The notes under the pieces are model-generated. The model did no database searches. It worked only from the letters and a program-made list of their open reading frames with translations, and had not been told where the DNA came from. From assembly GCA_944383925.1 (NCBI GenBank), contig CALWRM010000138.1, positions 623 to 64,622 of the forward strand: a stretch of 64,000 nt of DNA, read 5' to 3'. The stretch's first letter is position 1; every line of letters begins with the position of its first letter. Positions 26,754 to 35,857 of the stretch are shown here, in pieces. Made by a program: the position numbers and the translations under genes. This DNA comes from an uncultured Clostridia bacterium. GTDB lineage: Bacteria; Bacillota; Clostridia; Christensenellales; UBA1750.

Positions 26754-26786
26754 AGGGTACTTTCAAACGATGGGAGAGGATGCAAA

Positions 26787-28067
26787 GTGCACGGTTCAAG
26801 GCGAAGACCGGGCTTTGCAAGGGGTCGATTGAAAAAAACGGCGGGCGTTTTGCTGGCGGCGGCGCTGCTGGTTTTCAATTTTACCCCTTCGGTACAAAGC
26901 CTGCGCAGTCTTCCGGAAATTATTCGCATGGCAGAGGGACAGCAAACGGACATTTCCTTCCTGTTTCCCCTGGGACTGCAGGTGGAGCAGGAGAGCGCGG
27001 TGGTGCGCCTGTCCACGGACGAGCGCCTTCCGGGCAGCGTAACGCTGCAGGGCGAGGAGGAGGGCAGCGCGCAGCTCACGCTGTCGCTGCTGGGACTACC
27101 GCTTAAGAGCATGACGGTGCAGGTACAGCCCGAAAGGGTTCTGTACCCGGGCGGTCAGGCTGTGGGCATCGCCATGTATACCGACGGCGTGTTCGTGGTG
27201 GATTGCGCTAACGTCTACCTGCCCGACGGCGGAACGATCAACCCCGCGAAGGAAGCCGGCCTCAAGAGCGGGGATAGCATCCTGCGCGTAGACGGAGAAA
27301 AGATCAAAAATATGCAGCAGCTGATCAATGCCGTGAAGAACTCCACGGCCAAGACGCTGCGGTTGAGCTGCCAGAGAGATGGAAAAACCTTTGAAACCCG
27401 CGTCACGCCCGTGGTGGATGAGGAGGGCGTGCGCCGTCTGGGCGTCTGGGTGCGCGATTCCACGGCGGGCATCGGGACGCTTTCCTACATCGACCCTGTG
27501 GAGGGCAAGTTCGGCGCCCTGGGCCACGCCATCACCGACGTGGACACCCTCAAGCTGCTTTCCGTGCGCGAGGGCGAGGTGTACCTTTCTAAAATCATCG
27601 ACGTGAAGAAGGGCGCAAAGGGCGAGCCGGGCGAGCTGCACGGCGTGTTTGCCGGAGGCCTGCCCAAGATCTGCGACATCGAACAGAACACCGAGTTTGG
27701 CGTCTTTGGCTCCACGGACCAGGCGCTGGTGAACCCGCTCTATCCCCAAGGGCTGCCCGTGGGCGGCCAGGGCGTGGTGCACACGGGCCAGGCGCAGATC
27801 CTGACCACCATCGACGACAAGGGCGTGCAGGCATTTGACTGCCAGATTTTGCGCATCACGCCGCAGTTGAGTCCGTCCCAACGCTCCATGATCGTGCAGG
27901 TGACCGATTCGGCCCTGCTCAACGCCACGGGCGGCATCGTGCAGGGCATGTCCGGCAGCCCCATCATCCAGGACGGATACATCGTGGGCGCGGTGACCCA
28001 TGTGTATGTCAACGATCCCACCAAGGGCTACGGCATCTTCATCGATTGGATGCTGGACACGCAGTAA
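26787..28067 (+). CDS. spoIVB: SpoIVB signalling serine peptidase (S55)
   Basis: A signal anchor and a PDZ domain are followed by the GIGTLSYIDP..FGALGH and GMSGSPI catalytic blocks. The GTG at 26787 lies 7 nt after GGGAGAGGA; the track start at 26733 is the alternative. Confidence 0.9.
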   Translation: MHGSRRRPGFARGRLKKTAGVLLAAALLVFNFTPSVQSLRSLPEIIRMAEGQQTDISFLFPLGLQVEQESAVVRLSTDERLPGSVTLQGEEEGSAQLTLSLLGLPLKSMTVQVQPERVLYPGGQAVGIAMYTDGVFVVDCANVYLPDGGTINPAKEAGLKSGDSILRVDGEKIKNMQQLINAVKNSTAKTLRLSCQRDGKTFETRVTPVVDEEGVRRLGVWVRDSTAGIGTLSYIDPVEGKFGALGHAITDVDTLKLLSVREGEVYLSKIIDVKKGAKGEPGELHGVFAGGLPKICDIEQNTEFGVFGSTDQALVNPLYPQGLPVGGQGVVHTGQAQILTTIDDKGVQAFDCQILRITPQLSPSQRSMIVQVTDSALLNATGGIVQGMSGSPIIQDGYIVGAVTHVYVNDPTKGYGIFIDWMLDTQ

Positions 28068-28140
28068 AAGCGCCAAGCAGGAAAAGCGGGGCTATGCGAA
28101 GAACCCTATAATGGAGTAAATCGCGAAAGGCGGGGAGAAC

Positions 28141-28878
28141 ATGGAGTTGGTGCTGGGTTGCGCGCGGGGCGAGGAGCTCAGACGCCTGGAGACCATGGCC
28201 CAGGATAAGGGCCACTTCGTGCTGGCCTGCTGCGCCGACGGCCGGCAGCTGTTGGCCAAGGCGGCCAGTCTGCAACCGGACGCGCTGCTCTGCGATCTTC
28301 CGCTGCCCTACCTGGACGGCCTTGCGCTGTGCAAGGGCGTGCGGGCCTTGGGCTTGCCGGGGCGGCCCATGGTGGTGCTCCGCGCGCCTTATGGCCTTGG
28401 CCGTGGGTTTGCCCTGCCGGAGGACGCGCTTTTGGGCGAAAGCTGGGAGGAGGCTTTCGCCCTTCTTCCCTTGGCTGGACAACGAGAGCTGGGCGAGGCG
28501 AGCCGCAGGGCCGTGCAGCGAAAGCTCCAGGAACTGGGCGTGCCCGGACACATGCGGGGCAAGGCCTACTTGGAGGAGGCCCTGTTGCTCTGTCTCAAGG
28601 ACGGACAACGGCTGAAGAACCTCCGCGACCTCGTCTACGCCCCCATCGCCCGGGACAGGGGCGTCAACCCCGCCAGCGTGGAGAGGGACATGCGCTATGC
28701 CATCGAGGCGGCCTGGCGCTACGGAAGGCTGCAGGCGCTGCACGAAAACTTCGGCTATACCGTGCTGCCCGAACGGGGCAAGCCCACCAACCGGGCCTTT
28801 CTCGCGCAGCTGACCGAGGACCTCAAGCGGCAATTGCGCCAGGAAGCGCTGGAAGGCCTGCAAAATAGCGATTTGTGA
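28141..28878 (+). CDS. spo0A: Spo0A-family sporulation response regulator with a divergent receiver domain
   Basis: The C-terminal Spo0A_C signature is present (GVPGHMRGKAYLEEAL.., ASVERDMRYAIEAAW, FGYTV..GKPTNRAFLAQL), in the canonical position after spoIVB. An in-frame TAA at 28117 prevents any N-terminal extension. Confidence 0.85.
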   Translation: MELVLGCARGEELRRLETMAQDKGHFVLACCADGRQLLAKAASLQPDALLCDLPLPYLDGLALCKGVRALGLPGRPMVVLRAPYGLGRGFALPEDALLGESWEEAFALLPLAGQRELGEASRRAVQRKLQELGVPGHMRGKAYLEEALLLCLKDGQRLKNLRDLVYAPIARDRGVNPASVERDMRYAIEAAWRYGRLQALHENFGYTVLPERGKPTNRAFLAQLTEDLKRQLRQEALEGLQNSDL

Positions 28879-28999
28879 ATTTAAGCTTTTGTGAAGAAGG
28901 CGGCTCCAGGGGGGTTACTCGTTTACTTTCGCCGAAGGCTGTGGTAAAATAACCAAGGTTATGGGGGTTTTTGCTACAGCCCCAAGGAGGTTGAACGCT

Positions 29000-30058
29000 A
29001 TGTCCACAAGATTGGAGCGCTTTCTCAACGGCATCGGCGGCGGCGTCGCCATCTTGCATAAGCCGGAAAACATGCGCTATCTCAGCGGCTTCCTGGGCGA
29101 GGGCGCCCTGGTCGTGTCGGAAAGCAAGAGCGCCATCATCACCGATTTCCGCTATGTGGAGGCCGCCCAGAGGCAGAGTCCCGGTTGGGAGATCCTTTCC
29201 GTCGGCGGCGACATCACCCAAAACAAGCTCATTGCCGATTGCGTGCGCCAGGCGGGCGGAACCGCCCTTTGGGAAGACGACTATCTGACCATTCAGGAGG
29301 GTCGCGAGCTGGCCCGGCTACTCGGCGGTCAGGAGCCCAAGTCCCTGAACGGCCTGCCCGAGCGCCTGCGCATCATCAAGGACGAACAGGAGATCGCCGC
29401 CATGCAAAGGGCCGCCGCGATCACCGACGACGCCTTTGCCCACCTGCTCACCTGGCTCAAGCCCGGCGTGACCGAAAGGCAGGCGGCGTTGGAGCTGTTC
29501 GTATATATGCTGGGCCATGGCGCCCAGGACCTTTCCTTCTCCACCATCGCCGCGTCCGGCGAAAACGCCAGCTTGCCCCACGCCATCCCCTCCGACCGCG
29601 TGATCCGCGAGGGCGACGTGGTGACCTTCGACTTTGGCTGCAAGGTGGACGATTATTGCTCCGACTTTACCAGGACCGTGGCCATCGGAAAGATCGATCC
29701 CAAGCTGCAGGAGATCTACCAGATCGTGCTGGAAGCCAACCTGCGCGCCCTGGACGCCCTGCGCGCCGGCAAGACCGGCCGCGAGATGGATTCCGTGGCC
29801 AGGGACATCATCGCAAAGGCCGGCTATGGCGATTGCTTCGGCCACAGCCTGGGCCATGGCGTCGGACGCCTCATCCACGAGGAGCCCCGGCTGTCCCAGC
29901 GCTCCGATACGGTGCTCGAGCCGGGCATGGCCGTGACCATCGAGCCCGGCATCTACCTGCCCGGACTTGGCGGGGTGCGCATCGAGGACCTTTGCATCGT
30001 GGAGCAGGATGGACATCGCAACCTTTGCCGCAGCTCCAAGGAGCTCATCACCCTCTAG
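29000..30058 (+). CDS. Xaa-Pro aminopeptidase (M24B)
   Basis: HSLGHGVGRLIHEEP, VTIEPGIY and GGVRIED metal-ligand blocks. The ATG at 29000 follows AAGGAGG. Confidence 0.9.
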   Translation: MSTRLERFLNGIGGGVAILHKPENMRYLSGFLGEGALVVSESKSAIITDFRYVEAAQRQSPGWEILSVGGDITQNKLIADCVRQAGGTALWEDDYLTIQEGRELARLLGGQEPKSLNGLPERLRIIKDEQEIAAMQRAAAITDDAFAHLLTWLKPGVTERQAALELFVYMLGHGAQDLSFSTIAASGENASLPHAIPSDRVIREGDVVTFDFGCKVDDYCSDFTRTVAIGKIDPKLQEIYQIVLEANLRALDALRAGKTGREMDSVARDIIAKAGYGDCFGHSLGHGVGRLIHEEPRLSQRSDTVLEPGMAVTIEPGIYLPGLGGVRIEDLCIVEQDGHRNLCRSSKELITL

Positions 30059-30201
30059 CGCGCGTTCGCGTTTCAGGGGTTTGCCGCTTGCGGGCGCGCC
30101 CCGGGTCCGGTTCTGTCCCCGGCGGCGCGGGAATACCCTGATCGGCATCTCTTTTGTCATATTCCCCCACCAATCTACTTTAGCTTAGGAGGACGATACC
30201 C

Positions 30202-30759
30202 ATGATCACCGCAGGAGAATTCCGCAAGGGCGTAACCATCGAGCTGGATGGCAGTGTCTTCAATATCGTGGACTTCCAGCATGTCAAGCCGGGCAAGGGC
30301 GCCGCCTTTGTGCGCACCCGCATCAAGAACGTCATGACCGGCGCCGTGCTGGAGCGCACCTTCAACCCCACCGACAAGGTTCCGCGCGCCAACATCGAGA
30401 CCAAGGAAATGACCTACCTCTACAGCGACGGCGAGCTGTATTACTTCATGGATGTGGACACCTTTGACCAGCTGCCCCTCAACCATGAGACCGTGGAGGA
30501 CGCCATCCCCTTCGTGAAGGAGAACACCAACGTGACCGTCCGCTTCTTCAAGGGCACCGCCTTCTCCGTGGAAGCGCCTAACTTTGTGGAGCTTGAGGTC
30601 ACCGATACCGAGCCCGGTGTGCGCGGCGATACCGCCACCAACGTGACCAAGCCCGCCACCCTGGAAACCGGCTACGTGGTCAACGTGCCCATCTTCATCA
30701 ACCAGGGCGAGAAGATCCGCATCGACACCCGCACCGGCGAGTACATGGAGCGCGCCTAA
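30202..30759 (+). CDS. efp: Elongation factor P
   Basis: [19 protein letters not shown]; 185 aa. Confidence 0.97.
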   Translation: MITAGEFRKGVTIELDGSVFNIVDFQHVKPGKGAAFVRTRIKNVMTGAVLERTFNPTDKVPRANIETKEMTYLYSDGELYYFMDVDTFDQLPLNHETVEDAIPFVKENTNVTVRFFKGTAFSVEAPNFVELEVTDTEPGVRGDTATNVTKPATLETGYVVNVPIFINQGEKIRIDTRTGEYMERA

Positions 30760-30787
30760 ACCGGCCGCGCATGGGGAGGAAGATACG

Positions 30788-31204
30788 ATGAGCAAGCTGA
30801 CCGAAAAGGCCGCCTATCTCAAGGGTCTGGCCGAAGGCCTTGGCCTGGCGCCGGATACGCCGGAGCGCAAGCTGATCCTGGCCCTGTTGGATACCGTGGA
30901 CGAGATGGCCACCGCCATGGGCGCGATGGAACAGCGCATTCAGGACGCCGAGGACTCCATCGACGAGGTGAGCGACGACCTGGCCGACGTGGAGGAGATC
31001 GTCTACGAGGACGAGGACGACGAGTGCGATTGCGGCTGCGAGGACGAGCAGGACGACGAGGTGGAGTTCAACGAAGACGACTACATCGAATACGCCTGCC
31101 CCCATTGCGGCGACACCATCTATTACGATCCCGAGGATTTCGATATGGAGCAGCCCCATCCCTGTCCCAACTGCGGCAAGGAGCTGTTCCCCGAAAAGGA
31201 ATAG
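30788..31204 (+). CDS. Acidic zinc-ribbon protein of unknown function
   Basis: An N-terminal helical segment and an extreme D/E tract (EDEDDECDCGCEDEQDDEVEFNEDD) are followed by CPHCG..17..CPNCG. It is a conserved neighbour of efp in Clostridia, as far as I recall. Confidence 0.7.
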   Translation: MSKLTEKAAYLKGLAEGLGLAPDTPERKLILALLDTVDEMATAMGAMEQRIQDAEDSIDEVSDDLADVEEIVYEDEDDECDCGCEDEQDDEVEFNEDDYIEYACPHCGDTIYYDPEDFDMEQPHPCPNCGKELFPEKE

Positions 31205-31221
31205 ATCAGCACCCAACAAAA

Positions 31222-31252
31222 GGGGGCGCTTCCAGGTGAAGCGCCTTTTTTT
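31222..31252 (+). terminator. Intrinsic terminator after the efp operon
   Basis: ggcgcttc-caggt-gaagcgcc followed by TTTTTTT. Confidence 0.8.
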
Positions 31253-31857
31253 GTCTATGCCGAAAACCGCTCGCTGGGCAAGCGGTGCCAAGAGAAGGCG
31301 AAGGCCGATCATGCGGACAAGAAAACTCCCTTTGCCAAAGTAGAAGTGCGGTCCGCCAACTGCACAACCGAGCAAAGGGAGGTCGTTCAAAAGGAACGAC
31401 GCAAATCGTTTATCGCAAACAAGCTGGAATTGCAAATACCATATGGGGGACCCCGTCGGAAGCATGGCCGTGGCGCGCAGGAAGGGGGAGGCTTCCATGG
31501 CGCAGGTCGGTCCCTGCATCGGGAGGCCTGGCGAGGGGCGTCGCGCCGGAAGCGCGCCAGGCGGCGATGGGTTTTCCCGTGGATGCGGCGGCGGTCAAGC
31601 GCATCGAGCGCCGGCATGGTTTGCGGATGCCGAATTCAAAAAAACGGCGGGAGGAGCGCGGCAGGCAGCGCGAGGGGGCCTCGCGCAGCCCCGACCGGAA
31701 CAACCAGGGCGTCTGCGGCGCCCGCATGCGCTGCTTTAAGTCCGGGCTGTTTGTGGAACGGGCGCAGGAAGGACGCCTGGACGGCCGGCCGCAAGAGGCC
31801 GCCGGTCCAAAGAAGGCGAGGGGAAGCCCCCTTTCGCCGTCTTGCGCATGGAAGGGC

Positions 31858-31902
31858 TGAAAGAAACAGGAAGCGGTTCCGCGTAAGCGGAACCGCTTCC
31901 TG
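31858..31902 (-). terminator. Intrinsic terminator after glgA
   Basis: A 16-bp perfect hairpin, caggaagcggttccgc-gtaa-gcggaaccgcttcctg, is followed on the minus strand by TTTCTTTC. Confidence 0.85.
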
Positions 31903-31912
31903 TGCGCCGGAC

Positions 31913-33361
31913 TTATTCGGCTTCCGGGCAGAGGCGCTGGTAGAGCTTGACGTACTCCTTGGCGGAGGCGTCCCAGCTGAAATCCTGCTTCATGGCGTTG
32001 CGGATGGCCTTGTGGAAGGTCTTGTCGTCCTCCTGATACAGGGCCACGGCGCGCTGGATGGCGCCCAGCATGTCGTGGGCGTTGTAGCTGTAGAAGGTGA
32101 AGCCCGTGCCCTCGCCGGTGAGGGGATTGATGGGCTGCACGGTGTCCTTCAGGCCGCCGGTCTCGCGGACGATGGGCAGGGTGCCGTAGCGCATGGCGAT
32201 CATCTGGGACAGGCCGCAGGGCTCGAAGGCGGAGGGCATCAGGAACAGGTCGCAGCCGGCATAGATCTGGTGGGCCAGCTCGTTGTTCATCTCGATGCGC
32301 GCGGCCAGCTTGCCCTCGTAGCGGTAGGCGGCCCAGCCGAAGAGGTTGACGAATTTCTCGTCCCCCTTGCCCAGGACGACCACCTGCACATCCATGGACA
32401 TGATGTCGGACAGCACGTACTCGATCAGGTCAAAGCCCTTCTGGGAAGCCAGGCGGGAGATGATGCCGATGAGGGGCACGTCGGGCCTTTGCTCCAGCCC
32501 CAGCTTCTGCTGCAAATCGGCCTTGTTCACGGCCTTGAACTTGCGGTGGGAGACCACGTTGTAGTTCTTGGCGATGAAGGGGTCCTTGGAGGGGCTGTAC
32601 ACCTCGGTGTCGATGCCGTTGAGGATGCCGGAGAGCGAGTTGCGGCGGGCGTAGAGCAGACCGTCCAGACGCTCGCCATAGTAGGCGGTCTGGATTTCCT
32701 GGGCATAGGTGGGGCTGACGGTGGTGATCTCGTCGGAGTAGACCAGGCCGCCCTTCATGAACGAGCAGGCGCCGAAGAACTCCAGCTTGTCGTCGGTGTA
32801 GGCGTCCCAACCCAGATTGAGCAGGTCTTCCATGTAGTCGATGCCGAACACGCCCTGGTATTGCAGGTTGTGGATGGTGAACAGCGTGTGGATGCCGTTG
32901 TAGAAGGGCAGCGCCGAGTATTGGCGCTTGAGCAGCACGGGAATCATGCCCGTCTGCCAGTCATGGCAATGGATGATGTCGGGCTTATACTCCAACAGGG
33001 GGAGGGCCTCCAGGACAGCCCGATCGAAGAAGGCGAAGCGCTCGCCCTCGTCGCCACCCCAGCCGTAGATGGAGGGCCGGTTGAAGTAATACTCGTTGTC
33101 CACAAAATAGAAGGTGATGCCCTCGTACTCCAAGGTCTCGATGCCGCAGTATTGCCGCCGCCAACCAAGGTTGATGTAGGTATAGAGAACGTGGGTCATC
33201 TTGTCGCGCCATTGTTGGCCGATATCCTTATACAGGGGCAAAATGACGCGCACGTCCGCGCCTTCCTTGGCAAGCACCTTGGGCAAAGCGCCGACCACGT
33301 CGGCCAGGCCGCCGGTCTTGACAAAGGGGACGCATTCGGACGCGGCGAATAAAACCTTCAT
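31913..33361 (-). CDS. glgA: Glycogen synthase
   Basis: MKVLFAASECVPFVKTGGLADVVGALPK; 482 aa. Confidence 0.96.
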   Translation of the reverse strand: MKVLFAASECVPFVKTGGLADVVGALPKVLAKEGADVRVILPLYKDIGQQWRDKMTHVLYTYINLGWRRQYCGIETLEYEGITFYFVDNEYYFNRPSIYGWGGDEGERFAFFDRAVLEALPLLEYKPDIIHCHDWQTGMIPVLLKRQYSALPFYNGIHTLFTIHNLQYQGVFGIDYMEDLLNLGWDAYTDDKLEFFGACSFMKGGLVYSDEITTVSPTYAQEIQTAYYGERLDGLLYARRNSLSGILNGIDTEVYSPSKDPFIAKNYNVVSHRKFKAVNKADLQQKLGLEQRPDVPLIGIISRLASQKGFDLIEYVLSDIMSMDVQVVVLGKGDEKFVNLFGWAAYRYEGKLAARIEMNNELAHQIYAGCDLFLMPSAFEPCGLSQMIAMRYGTLPIVRETGGLKDTVQPINPLTGEGTGFTFYSYNAHDMLGAIQRAVALYQEDDKTFHKAIRNAMKQDFSWDASAKEYVKLYQRLCPEAE

Positions 33362-33499
33362 TTTTACTACCTCCCTTTTTCATATAAGCCCGCGCAGGGA
33401 AAAGGCAAGGGGACGGGCAGTTGCCCACCCCCTTGGATGTTGATGGTATGAGTATACCACATGGCGAAACAAAATGCAAACTGTCTATGCCCGCGGCCC

Positions 33500-34621
33500 C
33501 TAGATCACCGCATTCTTCTCGATGACGATGGGGAAGGAGGGCTGGCCCATCAGGCGGCGGTCGCGCTTGATGAAGGCGCTCTTATCGGCGATGACGTGGG
33601 ACAGCTGGGCGCCGTCCTGTACCTCCACGCCCTGCATGAGGATGCAGTTTTGCACCTTGCAGCCGCGCCCAACGCGCACGCCGCGGAAGAGGATGGAGTT
33701 TTCCACCTCGCCCTCGACGATGCAGCCGTCGGCCACCAGCGAGTTGGACACCCGGGCGCCCTCCTCGTAGCGGGCGGGAACCTCGTCCTTGACCTTGGTG
33801 TAGACGGGATTGGGCTTGGAGAGTAGGGAGGTGCGGATCTGCTCGTCCAACATGTCCATATTCAGCTGGTAGTAGGAGGGAATGGACTCGATGCGCTTGA
33901 CATAGCCCTCCAGCTTGAAGCCGTAGATCTTCAGGCTCTGCAGCTGGGACATGAGCACATCGCGGACGAAGTCGGTGCGGTAGTGGGCCGCGGAAACCTC
34001 CACCAGGTACATCAGGAGGGACTTATCCATGATGTAGACGTTGGTGGACACGGCGGGATAGGTGTGCAGGATGGGGGAATACTCCACGTCGGTGATGCGG
34101 CCCTCCTCGTCCATCTTCAGGTGGGTGCGGTCGGACTGCTCGCGTAGCTCCTCCTCGGAGGGGATGTTGTACATCACGGTGATGTCGGCCTTGGTGCGGA
34201 TGTGCTGCTCCAAGAGGGCGTCATAGGTGGTGTTGAACACGATGTCGGAGCCGGAAATCACCACGTATCTTTGGGCGGAACGGCGGATGTAGCCGATGTT
34301 GGAGCGCAGGGCGTCCAGCAGGCCGGTGTAGGCGCCGGTGTTGTCCTTGGTGACGAAGGGCGGCAGGATGAATAGGCCGTCGCGCTTTCTATCCAGGTCC
34401 CATTCCTTGCCCGAGCCCAGATGGTCCATCAGGGAGTGGTAATTGCGCTGGGTGATGAGCCCGACGTTGGTAATGCCCGAGTGCACCATGTTGGAGAGCA
34501 GCACGTCGATGACGCGGTAGCGGCCGCCAAAGGGCATGGCCGCGATGGAACGGGAACGGGTGAGCTCCCGAAGGCACATATCGCTTTGCGAGGTATAGAT
34601 TAAGCCGAAGGTATCTTTCAT
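33500..34621 (-). CDS. glgD: Glucose-1-phosphate adenylyltransferase regulatory subunit GlgD
   Basis: A GlgC paralogue that lacks the GGxGxRL motif (AMPFGGRYRVID) but retains the left-handed beta-helix C-terminus. It lies between glgC and glgA. Confidence 0.9.
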   Translation of the reverse strand: MKDTFGLIYTSQSDMCLRELTRSRSIAAMPFGGRYRVIDVLLSNMVHSGITNVGLITQRNYHSLMDHLGSGKEWDLDRKRDGLFILPPFVTKDNTGAYTGLLDALRSNIGYIRRSAQRYVVISGSDIVFNTTYDALLEQHIRTKADITVMYNIPSEEELREQSDRTHLKMDEEGRITDVEYSPILHTYPAVSTNVYIMDKSLLMYLVEVSAAHYRTDFVRDVLMSQLQSLKIYGFKLEGYVKRIESIPSYYQLNMDMLDEQIRTSLLSKPNPVYTKVKDEVPARYEEGARVSNSLVADGCIVEGEVENSILFRGVRVGRGCKVQNCILMQGVEVQDGAQLSHVIADKSAFIKRDRRLMGQPSFPIVIEKNAVI

Positions 34622-34636
34622 TGCTGTTGCCCCCTT

Positions 34637-35809
<1,173 letters not shown>

Positions 35810-35857
35810 TTAGGTACACCCTCTTTTCTTAAAGCTTTTGTATAGGTATTTTTGAGA

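Noticed and set aside
28079-28112. Possible sigma-H-type promoter (AGGAAAA ... GAAG) and a TATAAT upstream of spo0A.
   Set aside because: The -10 part deviates from RNNGAAT, and the TATAAT has no credible -35. The match is too weak to call without TSS data.
31285-31860. A 191-aa plus-strand ORF and other ORFs inside the efp/glgA spacer.
   Set aside because: All have Arg/Gly/Pro/Ala-rich translations with no RBS, no hydrophobic core pattern and no homology that I recognise. The region is treated as non-coding and reported as a finding.
31346-33352. A 668-aa plus-strand ORF.
   Set aside because: It is antisense to glgA, whose identity is unambiguous. It is an artefact.
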